IMG/VR virus record: IMGVR_UViG_3300032327_001202
Span: 18,828-82,827 of that record
DNA from: a virus
Taxonomy: Duplodnaviria; Caudoviricetes
Reading direction: 5' to 3' (one strand)
Length of the DNA stretch: 64,000 nt
The position numbers were made by a program, and so were the translations under genes. Of this stretch, positions 16,395-26,963 are shown piece after piece. Position 1 is the first letter of the stretch. The number at the start of each line of letters is the position of its first letter. The notes below the pieces were generated by a model that was not told the DNA's origin, did not search any database, and was given only the letters and a program-made list of their open reading frames with translations.

Positions 16395-18128
16395 TTAAAA
16401 TTCAAACTCACCACCGCCAGCTTCACCACCAGCTTCAGGTGCAGGAGGATTTTCACCACCAGCTTCAGGTTCCGAAGCAGCTTCACCACCTTCAGGAGGA
16501 GTTTCACCACCCGCTTCAGGAACAGGAGCTTCAGGAGAAGGTCCTGCTTCTCCACCACCGCCTCCACCTTCTGGCATTCCACCTCCAGCAGCAGTTGATG
16601 ATCCAACCCCTTTTGATTTAATCCAATAAGCCTTATTTTCTTCAATTTCTTCGGGAGTTAATTTCATAATTTTATCAACAAGGAAATCAACATGGAAATA
16701 AGGTTGTTCACCATTCATAATTCCTAATAAAGTAGTCATTATGGTAGCTCTAGATTCCATATTTGCTAATTTTTTCCATTCTTCAAAAATCTGATTTGTA
16801 TTGAAAATAACATCAACTTGGTTAAGAAATACTTCATCATGTCTTAATTCAGGAAATTCCATACACATTTGAAGTTTAATTGGTTTAACAATTAGTTCTT
16901 TAATAATTGAACGTAAACGGCTAATAAAATTACCAAAGGTTATTTCATCTCTTGTCATTTCATTTGCAGCAGTCACTAACTGACCCCCACCATTTTCTTT
17001 TTCAAATCTTTGGAAAGGTATCTTACTTGCTCTTTTCAAACAATTCATAAACCAATTTAACATATTATCTTCATTAAGATTATGTCCTTGTGGAGAAATC
17101 AATTCCATATTTGGTGTACCTTGATCACCTTCTGGAAACCATATTTGTTTATTATATGGTAAGTGTTTACTACCACTAATAGTTAATGTACCTAATGAAT
17201 CATCAAATTCTACATCTTCAGAATAATCAGCTATTAATTGTGCAATTTGTTCCTCAGCTCTTTGTTTTGGTAAACCTTTAATAGGTATTGTAAACTTTTG
17301 ATAAACCATCGCATTAACTACGTTAAACATAATTCTTGTTTGTTCCATAATCTTTAATTGATTATATGGTTTAATAAGTCCTTCTACATAAGAAGTTTCG
17401 GAATAATCATGTTGAGTAGAATATGATATAAATACTATTTGCGAATCTAAGAAAATTCTTCTTAAAGCAGGATCTTCTGGATATTGTATCCAAATATTTC
17501 CTATACTTGGTTCATAAGCTGGAACAAGAGTTTCAGGTCTCATTCTATTAAAACTAATAATATTCTTTTTTGTATCATCCCATATAATTTCAACTGCGGC
17601 ATAACCATCAATTAAAAAATCTTTAGTCATATTCCAAGCAGTAATACCATCAGAAAAACCAAAACGACTGTATATTTTTTCAAAAAATTCTTGATATTTA
17701 TCTCGTATATCTTGTGAATAACTATTATTTAAAGGACTTGGAGAACAGAAATCTTTATCTTCATCATACACAATAATTTCATCGGCTAACACAGATACAA
17801 ATTCACGTATTTCATCCTTAATAGAATATTCTCTTAATATTCTTCTTTTATCTGAATACGCTTTATCTAAATAAGGAATTGATTTTTTGTTTAAAACTTG
17901 AGCGACTGCTCTTTGAGAAAAGAAAGCATACATAGAATCCGCTCTTTGAGCAAGAGGGTCTTCATTCATACCGACACCGATAGAATTTCTAAGTATCATA
18001 TCTTCATATTTTAGACCTAACCCTGAAAGGGATCTAAGAAGACGATTAAATATACCTTTATTTTCAACAGCAGAAGGTATAATATTTGGGTTTGTATTGC
18101 TATTTATTGGATTATATGATCCTGGCAT
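16395..18128 (-). CDS. gp20: Portal protein (T4 gp20-like) with Gly/Pro/Glu-rich C-terminal tail
   Basis: 577 aa in the head module; KRASKIPFQR, EMTRDEITFGNFISRLR motifs typical of gp20. Confidence 0.9.
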   Translation of the reverse strand: MPGSYNPINSNTNPNIIPSAVENKGIFNRLLRSLSGLGLKYEDMILRNSIGVGMNEDPLAQRADSMYAFFSQRAVAQVLNKKSIPYLDKAYSDKRRILREYSIKDEIREFVSVLADEIIVYDEDKDFCSPSPLNNSYSQDIRDKYQEFFEKIYSRFGFSDGITAWNMTKDFLIDGYAAVEIIWDDTKKNIISFNRMRPETLVPAYEPSIGNIWIQYPEDPALRRIFLDSQIVFISYSTQHDYSETSYVEGLIKPYNQLKIMEQTRIMFNVVNAMVYQKFTIPIKGLPKQRAEEQIAQLIADYSEDVEFDDSLGTLTISGSKHLPYNKQIWFPEGDQGTPNMELISPQGHNLNEDNMLNWFMNCLKRASKIPFQRFEKENGGGQLVTAANEMTRDEITFGNFISRLRSIIKELIVKPIKLQMCMEFPELRHDEVFLNQVDVIFNTNQIFEEWKKLANMESRATIMTTLLGIMNGEQPYFHVDFLVDKIMKLTPEEIEENKAYWIKSKGVGSSTAAGGGMPEGGGGGGEAGPSPEAPVPEAGGETPPEGGEAASEPEAGGENPPAPEAGGEAGGGEFEF

Positions 18129-18164
18129 AAATATATATTTTTTTTATTGAATATATATTAAATA

Positions 18165-18692
18165 TTATGCCTTTTCTAGTATTTCAGAAAAGTAGGGCTG
18201 TGTGAAGTTTAATAATTTATTTTTATTACCGTCATAAGATGATATTAAAAAATCAAATAACTCTTGACTTTTTATTAAATATTTATTACTTAATTTATTT
18301 AATTCTTTTTTTCTTAATAAATTATCTATGCGGTCACAAATTTTAATTTCTATAATATCATTTTTTGTTTTAGTATCTATATCTTTAAATCTTTCTTTTA
18401 GAATATCTAAAGATTTATTTTTTGATAAATTTACATCATTATCATAATATGTCAAAAACTCAACTAATTTAATCGAATATGAACTAATCATATTTTTTAG
18501 TACATAAATAGATCCACCTCTTTCTAAAAAGTCATGATATAAGGCCGCATTATGTACATCTTGAGAAACAGTTAATAACTTAATTAAGTTAGCAACTCTT
18601 TTTGAGTGTTTAACTTTTTGTAAAGGCATACTCTTTTTAAGAGTTTTTATGTCTGTTTTAGTTGCTTCAAAAATAAATTCTTTGAATTTCAT
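18165..18692 (-). CDS. HD-domain hydrolase (RelA/SpoT hydrolase, Mesh1-like)
   Basis: HSKRVA, ALYHDFLE, IKICDRIDNL; likely start MKFKEFIFEA at 18692 (CTS-like). Confidence 0.75.
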   Translation of the reverse strand: MKFKEFIFEATKTDIKTLKKSMPLQKVKHSKRVANLIKLLTVSQDVHNAALYHDFLERGGSIYVLKNMISSYSIKLVEFLTYYDNDVNLSKNKSLDILKERFKDIDTKTKNDIIEIKICDRIDNLLRKKELNKLSNKYLIKSQELFDFLISSYDGNKNKLLNFTQPYFSEILEKA

Positions 18693-18705
18693 TGTATAAA
18701 TATTT

Positions 18706-19398
18706 TTATTTTCCATACTTGCTATAACTTTTTTGTATTCTATTAATATGGTCTTTTAACTCTGTAAAATTTTTATCAATATCTGATGATATATCAAACA
18801 TATCTTTAACTAATAATTTAGATAATTCAGCATGTCTTTTATCTCGTGTTTCTAATTTAATTTTCCAAATTTCATATAATTTTTTTGGATCATATTTATT
18901 TATTGGATGTCCTGAATATAAAAATCTAGGAATTAAATTCATATTAATTTCATGAACTAAAACTATTTGAGCCATATTATATTCTACAATAGCCCATTCA
19001 TATCCATATTTTGATAATTCATTATAACATCCTTCATAATCAACGTTCAATCCTATATTATTATCAAAGTTTTTATCTATAAAAAATTTATCAAAAATAG
19101 ATACTCTTATTCCAATTGGAATAAAATTAAAATTAACCCCATATATAATAATCAAGTTATCAAACTTTTTAAAATCAATAATAAATACAGGAGAATATTT
19201 AATCCAATTAGAATCATCTTTATAATGAAGATGATAAAAATATCCTAACTTCATGTTACCAGGACTTATATTTAAAACATTTTTATCTGAATTTTTGTAT
19301 TTTTCATAAAAAAATAAAGAATTTTGTTTAAAAACATCGGGTATATCTTTTCCATATACTAAATTAGATAATTTAACTCTTTCCAACAACTCTGACAT
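18706..19398 (-). CDS. Putative DNA end-protector protein (T4 gp2-like)
   Basis: YSPVFIID...GVNFNFIP..R pattern resembles gp2; sits next to the gp4-like gene. Confidence 0.55.
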   Translation of the reverse strand: MSELLERVKLSNLVYGKDIPDVFKQNSLFFYEKYKNSDKNVLNISPGNMKLGYFYHLHYKDDSNWIKYSPVFIIDFKKFDNLIIIYGVNFNFIPIGIRVSIFDKFFIDKNFDNNIGLNVDYEGCYNELSKYGYEWAIVEYNMAQIVLVHEINMNLIPRFLYSGHPINKYDPKKLYEIWKIKLETRDKRHAELSKLLVKDMFDISSDIDKNFTELKDHINRIQKSYSKYGK

Positions 19399-19429
19399 TT
19401 AATATATATTAAAAAAATAATATTTTAAT

Positions 19430-19936
19430 ATGCTTAATTCAAAACCAAATAATAGTAATTATCATCAAGGTTTATATATTCCAAAAAACAAAGATAAAGT
19501 TTTAAAATTAAATAATCAAGGTGGATTATATTATCGTTCAGGGTTAGAAAAAAAAGCTATGATATTTTTTGATTATAGTGAAAGAGTTATTAGATGGTCT
19601 GCTGAAAATTTTAAAGTAGAATATGTTAAAACTGATTGGGATAATGGTACACAAGGTTTAATTAGTTCTAAACATAGTTACTACCCAGATTTTTATTATG
19701 AAATGAAAAAACCTGATGGTAGTATTGCAAAAATTATAGCAGAAGTTAAACCACATAGTGAAACTGTAGCACCAATCTTAAAAGAAAATGCTACAGTTAA
19801 ACAACTTAAAAATTTTGAATATTCCCTAAAAATGTGGAATAAAAATTTAAGTAAGTGGAAATACATGATTGAGTTTTGTGAGAAAAAAGGTTTTGAATTT
19901 ATTATAATAACTGATAAATTCTTATCTAAACTATAA
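19430..19936 (+). CDS. gp4: Head completion nuclease (T4 gp4-like, TnsA N-terminal fold)
   Basis: YRSGLE..WSAE..YYPDF..EVKP..N..KW..A/FCEKKG.EF.IIT pattern. Confidence 0.8.
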   Translation: MLNSKPNNSNYHQGLYIPKNKDKVLKLNNQGGLYYRSGLEKKAMIFFDYSERVIRWSAENFKVEYVKTDWDNGTQGLISSKHSYYPDFYYEMKKPDGSIAKIIAEVKPHSETVAPILKENATVKQLKNFEYSLKMWNKNLSKWKYMIEFCEKKGFEFIIITDKFLSKL

Positions 19937-20219
19937 TTATATCTTCTAATTTAAGAAGATTATTATAATTATAACTTCGTATTTTAAGATTCAAATTCTT
20001 TTTTACTAACTTAAAAAGTTTCTCAGTTATTTCAACTAATATAGGTTCTCCGACAATACGAGAATATTTACTTGGAACTTTTTTTCCTACCCGTTTTTTA
20101 TAAAATTGATTTATATAATTTTTACAATCATTGATTGTAAGATGTAATGATACTCCGTCATTTTTAACTTCTTGATTAATTTCTGATAATTCCCAAAATT
20201 GTAGATATACTTTATTCAT
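19926..20219 (-). CDS. Hypothetical protein
   Basis: 97-aa ORF. Confidence 0.65.
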   Translation of the reverse strand: MNKVYLQFWELSEINQEVKNDGVSLHLTINDCKNYINQFYKKRVGKKVPSKYSRIVGEPILVEITEKLFKLVKKNLNLKIRSYNYNNLLKLEDIIIV

Positions 20220-20257
20220 AATAAATATTTTTTATATTATAAAGATATGAAAATTTT

Positions 20258-21946
20258 TTATAATAAAAAAATCCACTTTTTATTGCCACCATTATATACT
20301 CTATAATATCCTAATTCTAGCATAATTTCTTCTTCAGTTTTATTTATATCATAACCCATTTTGACTAACTTAGATTTTCTCCAATTAAATCTATGTTCTC
20401 TTTTTTTATCAATTACATACCAATATCCAGGTTTAGATGTATGTAAATAAGTAAAACCTAATTTTTCATACATATTTCCATTAGAAATTAAATTATCTGA
20501 ATAAGTTTCTATTCTAATTGGAATCCATTTATCAATAAAATATTTTAATAATTTGGAAGCTCCACCAATTATATTAGTGTTTATTATATTACAATACCGT
20601 GTTAACTCATAAACATGTTCTTGATTTTTTCCACCTAAAGGAAGTCTTAATTTAGAAAATGTCATTAAATTAACTAATTCATTATTATAATATAACCCAA
20701 TTCTTATTGATGATTTACAATCACCTTGAAAATGATTCCTATCTAAAAAATTTTTAGAAGTTGTATAATCAACTTCTTTAATTACACATTTACGTGCTCC
20801 TATTTTATATGTTAAGTTTAATTTATTTAGAATATATGATTTACAGATTTCTTTTTTAATAACCCAATCATCTTCCCATATAGTAAATAAATTAATATTA
20901 TTTTTTTCTGCTAATTGTTTTTTTATTAAATGATATTCTTCTTTTTTAAATTTCTCACTATGCCAATATAGCCCATTAAATTCAAACCCTAATTTTAATT
21001 CTGGTAAATAAATGTCAATTTCATACGGATTAATATAATCTTTAGTATTTACTATAATTTCTCCATTATAATTTTCTTTAATAAAATTATAAATATCAAT
21101 TTGTTTAATACTTGAACTTTCTGATATAGGAAAGCAATTAGTACATATACTAGTATTATTAGTGACTCTATAATAAAATTGATAAGTTAATATCTCAAAA
21201 TTAGTATTACATTTTTTACAAAAAAATTTTAAATATGTAGTTATATTTTTATTAAAACCATTAAATTCATAATCATTTTGATTAATTTTATCCATTATTC
21301 TTTTTTTATAATCAGAATAAAAAACATCAATTGATTTATCATGTATTTCTTTTATCATCCAATGATGTTCAACTCCATATTTTTCAATGGATGTTTTTTT
21401 AAAATTTTCTTTAAAATCACTTATTTTAAAACTTTCTATTCTTTTTTTATTTAATTCTTCTGATTTATTGGGGTTATCTACACCCCAATTTTTTAATAAA
21501 GTTTGTTTAGATTTTTCTTGAGTTTTTTCTAAACACATAGCAGAATTAACCCCATATTTTTCTAAATTTGTTTTTATAATTTTTTGTTTTATTTCTAATG
21601 ATTCAGCAGGGGTTTTAGTTCCATATTTAACAATAGATTTTTCTTGTTTAGATTTTTTTATATTTTCATCTGAACTTATACATTTATTAGAGCAATAAGT
21701 TAAATATCCTATTGTTGAGTTTTTATACTTTACTTTATTACTACAATTATTATTTTTACATTTAGGAACTTCTTTTAAATTATTGACAGAGATAAAAACT
21801 TTTTCTTTAAAAGGTAAATCTCCTAATTCATTATTTATACAATAATCAATAATATATTCATATTCCTTTGGATATGTTTTTAACAAAGATTTTTCTTTAC
21901 ACATACTTCCAGAAGGATCACTTTTTTTAAAAATTTCTAAATCCAT
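20258..21946 (-). mobile_element. Hef-like homing-endonuclease-type gene (KYG repeats, PD-(D/E)xK domain, C-terminal GNAT-like domain)
   Basis: KYGVNS/KYGVEH repeats, EIDIYLP..GFEFNGLYWHS, then FLDRNHFQG..ELTRYC..GGASKLL..YEKLGF; downstream of the tail sheath gene. Confidence 0.75.
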
Positions 21947-21994
21947 AACATTTTGTTTTTACATATATATTAAAAACTCCTAATTATGTTTAAT

Positions 21995-22025
21995 AAAAAA
22001 TCCGTTCCAAAAGAACGGATTTTTT
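21995..22025 (-). terminator. Terminator after the tail sheath gene
   Basis: AAAAAATCCGTTC-CAAAA-GAACGGATTTTTT. Confidence 0.8.
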
Positions 22026-22042
22026 ATTATTTTTATTAATTA

Positions 22043-25000
22043 TTATTGGAAACCACCTGAAGCAATTGCTCCTGTCTTAAGGATTGTTATATTATTAACA
22101 ATTACTCCCATACCCTTAATAATTTCTACATAAGTATCTAATACACCGATTTGATTATCTATGATAATTTGAGTATTATTTTCTTGGTCACACTTGTTAA
22201 AGTAGTTATATAAACCATTTTTACTTACATATGTGCTACAAATAGAATCAGCTCTTTGCTTGATTTCTGCTCTTGTTTGTGTTGTGTTATATTTCCATTG
22301 GAAATCTAACAACATTGCACTTAAATCTCTTTCTAATTCAACCAACACTTCTCTACAGTGAATGTATGATAATGATGATTTGTATTCAGTTTGAGCTGTA
22401 TTTTCAGTCTCAATAACATAACCTCTATTCTTTTTGTATACAATAGGATTAATTTGAGCCGTATTAAGATTAGAAATATCTTGTGGGGTAAAGTCAATTT
22501 CAGTTTTACCAAAACCACTTATTTTACCATTTGTTATACCTGCTGCTATAGTCCAAGGAGTTATAGAAGATGAATTTGCATTTATTTTCTTCATATAAGT
22601 TGTGGCTACAAACATTGCTGGTGGAACATTGAATGGTCTACCATTGTCACTAACTGTTACATAAGGAGTGAAATAACCTACACAAGTTGTACCTCTACCT
22701 ATACCAAAAGAGTATAAGAATGCTGGGTTTTTGTCTAAATTACCACCTGCTGCAATATAGCTTGTTTGTAATACTCCATTTGCATCTATAAATGTAGGTG
22801 ATGCTGATTGTTTAAATTGTTTCATTGAAGGCATGTTTAAAAAACCAAAGCAGTCTAATCTTTCTCCACAAAGGTCAACTAATTGTTGTTTTGAGTATTC
22901 TGTTAAACCTAAACCAAATGAATCAACTAAATATCTGAAATCAATTGCATCTTTATTTGATAAAGCAGTAAATAAAGGAGTTCCTTTTCCAACTAAATCA
23001 AGTATTAATGATTGTCTTGCTTCTGTTCCATCAGGCATTGAGGCATTTCTCATTCTAAATCCTTTAAGAACAATACCTTTATATGTTGTCGCATAGTTAT
23101 CAATTGAAGAATATCTTGTTGTTTGTTTAATCCCATTATAAATCTTATAGTCAATTTTAGAATCACAAGATAGTAATACTTGAGTATTATCAGAAGGATT
23201 AACTTTTTTTGTTAAGATTCTTGTTATTTTCTTAGGTACTTCACCAACTTCTAACATAGTTTCATCATAATAAGCAGATAAGAAATCTCCTGCTAAAATA
23301 TTAGAATATCTTGAACCATCTACAGCAACTGTATTTGCATTAATAACACTTTTAATTTCTACACTTTCTTTATATTCTCCATCATAAGATGTTACATCTA
23401 ATAGTGTTGGTAAATCAAGTATAATAGATTTTGGTGTTTCCTTATCTGTATCAGTAAAAGTTACATTTAATAAATTACCAGAAAATTCCATTTGTAAATA
23501 ATGTGTGTTATCAGGGTCTGTTTTATAAACTCTGTTTGTTGATGTAATAATTTCGTCAGTTACATTATATAAACCTGTGTCTATAACGTACCCGTAAGTA
23601 GCACTTATAGGATCACCTGTTTTTGTAAACTCAAATTTATTAGATGTTGAATCTGGAACTAATAAGGTATCCCCTGTAGTTAAATCTAAATTAGGATTAG
23701 AAAACTTAACATAATTAGTACCATTAACAAAGCTAAATACTACTGATGTTGTTGTGCCTGAGATTAAATTGTCATAAAAATAATCGCCTGTATTTATTAC
23801 ACCATTATAGTAATCCTTATAGAAAGTTGATTGGTATCTTACTGAACCATATCCTGTTGCAGAAATAGGATCAGTTTCGCTTGTTTTAAATCCTTGACGA
23901 CCAATTATAAATTCATCATCTTTTATATAGAATACAATTTGATTAAGACTTGTACCTGTTAAATTTGTATTAATAGCAATATATCTATCAGTTAAGTTAT
24001 TATTAGTGTAAGATGCTAAACTCATATTGCTTGTTGATTTAACAACTGCATTTGGACCAGTTGTATATAAAAATGCTCCGTGAGTAAAATTTGAACTACT
24101 AACTATTGATAATAAGTAATTGAATGCTTTAATTTTTCTGTAAGTAGCATAATCATTAACATTAGGTGTACCTGCTGTTTTTGAAAATGTTATACCTAAA
24201 ACTCCATTAGAAAGGCTATATAAAAAGTCTGTACCATTTTGTAATTCTACAAAACCATTTGTATCTACTGTTACATTACTAAATGTTAGAGATGATAATC
24301 CTTCAGAATTTTTTATAGTATAGTTCATATAACCTAACACTATATCTGTTGGTTGTACTGGGGGATTTATTTTTCCAGGAACTGTTGATCTTATAGCATT
24401 AATTCCAGAATTATTTAATACAATAGCTGTTTGATATAATCCATCTGAAGTATAAGACATTGGATCTATACTAAAAGAATAATTACCTTCTGAAAAAGTA
24501 ATAAAAATACCATTAGATACAGCAGAAGCCATTGAACCTATAACATAAGTAACGGGAGTATATAATGTTGGATATTTTAATGATAATATTAAAGGATTAG
24601 CTAATGCATTATATGCAGAACCACCTGAAAAAGTACCACTTGTAAATATTGATGCTGTAACACCTTTTGATATTTTAATAGAAAAAGTGTATCCATTAGC
24701 AGCAGTACCTCCATTGGTGTAGCCTAAAGAAATTGTAGCTCCAATAGTACTCATTGTATAACCTGATGATGTACCATATGACAAATTCCAATTCTTAACT
24801 ATATCAGCAGCAATAGCTGTTGAAGCTGTTGAAGCTGTTGTTGATGAAAGTGTAAATCCAATAGTTAGTCCAGGGGCAGCACTTGTTAAATTAAAATAAC
24901 TATAACTCAATCCTGAATAAGTTAATCCGCTTATATTTATATAAGCTAAAGCACTTGCTGTTGCGGTAGCAGTTGCTCCAAATGATGTAGATGGTATAGA

Positions 25001-26380
25001 AACTGTAGTACCATCAATTCCAATTGAACTAGTACCTACATAATTTGTATTTATTACCACACTAGTTCCATAATTAATTACATTAATTGAAGCTGTTAGA
25101 CCAGCAGTAAGACCTATAGAATATGTAAATCCTGATGATGTAATATCAGGGAAATAACCGGTAGTTGGTGAAGATATAGTAGTAAGTCCGTTAAATTTTA
25201 TATAAGAAGATGGTGTAGAACCTAATGTTATATTTCTTACTATACCTTCTGAGTAATCAAAATCTCTATCATTTACAGTATCTGTTCCTCTTTGTCCGCC
25301 TGATATATCAATACCAAAAACATTTCCTGCTCTATTTAATACAGTATTTTCAAATTCAACATTTTCAACAATTGTGTCTTTATAAGATAAAAAATCAATA
25401 GAATTTGTTGAATCAATTGAATTACCTACTAAATCAACTAAGCCATTAGCAAATGCAGTTTCATATAAATCCATATTAAATGCACAGTATAATCCTGTTT
25501 TTGCAAAATCATTATTTAATACAGTTTCAATAAATAAATTATTACCACTTAAATCAGTGAAATAAGGAATAAAAGAAAGATTAGAATAAAATGATAATAC
25601 ACTTATATTTCTATCAGCAGCAAAGTTTGATAATTGACCTTTTTTAAGACCTGTTCCATCAAAGTATTTATTCCATCTAGGATCAACTGATAAAGATGCA
25701 TAGTTAGACCAATCACCTGATACTGCTAATACATCAACCATATAATCAGAAGCCCAATCTGTAGCTTTTAAGTATGGAGGAATATTTTCTACAGAACCAT
25801 AATAATTAATTAAACTATTATTGTAAGAAGTTGTTTGTGTTTTGTATATAAATAATGTTACATAATTACCACTCATATTAGTAACATTAAATAATCTATT
25901 ATGATTATTTCCATCAGTACTACCATTTGGCTCAACATTAGCTAAATAGTTAAATGATTCAGTATCTTTTTTCCAGAAACCTGTCGTATTAAAGAACTTG
26001 CTATAAGGAGCACCATTAGAATTAATATAGTTAGGATAATTACAAGCGGCTGAAAGTGAAGCGTATTGTAATAGATCTAAAGTATCATCAGTTTCTAATA
26101 AGTTTAGAGCATAAACTGGACCTGATAATAACATTTGTTGAATTGTTCTATGAAAGAAAGAACCATTTCTTTCTAGGGTTCTATCAATATTACCGAATAT
26201 ATTTGTTAAATCACTTTGACTTTGTAATAAAACTGGAGTATTAATAGGTCCTATCTTAGAGAAACCTATTACTAACGTATAATTCCCAGCTGGTGCTACA
26301 ATGTTTGGTAAAATTGAATTGTCATACTCATTAATATATATACCTGGTCTTGTATATTGTCCTATTTGAATTGTTGGCAT
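22043..26380 (-). CDS. gp18: Contractile tail sheath protein (gp18-like), enlarged
   Basis: N-terminal PGIYINEYD..IGFSKIGPINTP; C-terminal VPPAMFVA, WTIAAG..G, INPI, LSYIHCREVL motifs; 1445 aa. Confidence 0.9.
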   Translation of the reverse strand: MPTIQIGQYTRPGIYINEYDNSILPNIVAPAGNYTLVIGFSKIGPINTPVLLQSQSDLTNIFGNIDRTLERNGSFFHRTIQQMLLSGPVYALNLLETDDTLDLLQYASLSAACNYPNYINSNGAPYSKFFNTTGFWKKDTESFNYLANVEPNGSTDGNNHNRLFNVTNMSGNYVTLFIYKTQTTSYNNSLINYYGSVENIPPYLKATDWASDYMVDVLAVSGDWSNYASLSVDPRWNKYFDGTGLKKGQLSNFAADRNISVLSFYSNLSFIPYFTDLSGNNLFIETVLNNDFAKTGLYCAFNMDLYETAFANGLVDLVGNSIDSTNSIDFLSYKDTIVENVEFENTVLNRAGNVFGIDISGGQRGTDTVNDRDFDYSEGIVRNITLGSTPSSYIKFNGLTTISSPTTGYFPDITSSGFTYSIGLTAGLTASINVINYGTSVVINTNYVGTSSIGIDGTTVSIPSTSFGATATATASALAYINISGLTYSGLSYSYFNLTSAAPGLTIGFTLSSTTASTASTAIAADIVKNWNLSYGTSSGYTMSTIGATISLGYTNGGTAANGYTFSIKISKGVTASIFTSGTFSGGSAYNALANPLILSLKYPTLYTPVTYVIGSMASAVSNGIFITFSEGNYSFSIDPMSYTSDGLYQTAIVLNNSGINAIRSTVPGKINPPVQPTDIVLGYMNYTIKNSEGLSSLTFSNVTVDTNGFVELQNGTDFLYSLSNGVLGITFSKTAGTPNVNDYATYRKIKAFNYLLSIVSSSNFTHGAFLYTTGPNAVVKSTSNMSLASYTNNNLTDRYIAINTNLTGTSLNQIVFYIKDDEFIIGRQGFKTSETDPISATGYGSVRYQSTFYKDYYNGVINTGDYFYDNLISGTTTSVVFSFVNGTNYVKFSNPNLDLTTGDTLLVPDSTSNKFEFTKTGDPISATYGYVIDTGLYNVTDEIITSTNRVYKTDPDNTHYLQMEFSGNLLNVTFTDTDKETPKSIILDLPTLLDVTSYDGEYKESVEIKSVINANTVAVDGSRYSNILAGDFLSAYYDETMLEVGEVPKKITRILTKKVNPSDNTQVLLSCDSKIDYKIYNGIKQTTRYSSIDNYATTYKGIVLKGFRMRNASMPDGTEARQSLILDLVGKGTPLFTALSNKDAIDFRYLVDSFGLGLTEYSKQQLVDLCGERLDCFGFLNMPSMKQFKQSASPTFIDANGVLQTSYIAAGGNLDKNPAFLYSFGIGRGTTCVGYFTPYVTVSDNGRPFNVPPAMFVATTYMKKINANSSSITPWTIAAGITNGKISGFGKTEIDFTPQDISNLNTAQINPIVYKKNRGYVIETENTAQTEYKSSLSYIHCREVLVELERDLSAMLLDFQWKYNTTQTRAEIKQRADSICSTYVSKNGLYNYFNKCDQENNTQIIIDNQIGVLDTYVEIIKGMGVIVNNITILKTGAIASGGFQ

Positions 26381-26434
26381 ATTATGTTATTTTTTTTATT
26401 ATCTTATATATAAAAATAAAATTATCTATTTTTT

Positions 26435-26962
26435 CTATTTTGTAGATTTCATATTACTAATTTTTTTGTTTAGTAAAGTTAATTTATTTTTTATTTCCGT
26501 ATCTATTTTAGTAATTTCCGTTTTTAGTAGGTTAATTTCATTTAATTTATCTGAGATTTTTTTATTTAATTCTGTTATTTCTTCATTTGTACTTTCTTGT
26601 AAGTTAGGATTTTTTTTAATTAAATCTTGTTTTTGGATTATATTATTTTTATAACCTTCTATAGTATCATTTATATTTTGTATTTCTTTTTTCTTACCTG
26701 CAATTTTTGCCCATATTTCTAGTAGTTCATTGGTAAAAGCCATTTTATTATCTTTACCTCTAATAACTAATTTAGCATTAAATAATTTATTTTCTAAATC
26801 TTTTTCATTAATATTAGTTTGGTAAATTTTATCTAAAATAGTTTTTTTGGATTTATATTCCATTACTTGTTTTTCTAAATTTTCCAAACTTTCTAAATTC
26901 TCTAAGTTTTGTACTTCTACTTCTTCTTTAATAAAAGAAGAAAATTTTTTATATATTTTCAT
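26435..26962 (-). CDS. Hypothetical coiled-coil protein with CTS-like leader
   Basis: MKIYKKFSSFIKEE; heptad-rich sequence. Confidence 0.7.
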   Translation of the reverse strand: MKIYKKFSSFIKEEVEVQNLENLESLENLEKQVMEYKSKKTILDKIYQTNINEKDLENKLFNAKLVIRGKDNKMAFTNELLEIWAKIAGKKKEIQNINDTIEGYKNNIIQKQDLIKKNPNLQESTNEEITELNKKISDKLNEINLLKTEITKIDTEIKNKLTLLNKKISNMKSTK

Positions 26963-26963
26963 A

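Noticed and set aside
16395-16600. GC-rich island at the portal 3' end as foreign DNA
   Set aside because: Explained by a Gly/Pro/Glu/Ala low-complexity coding tail.
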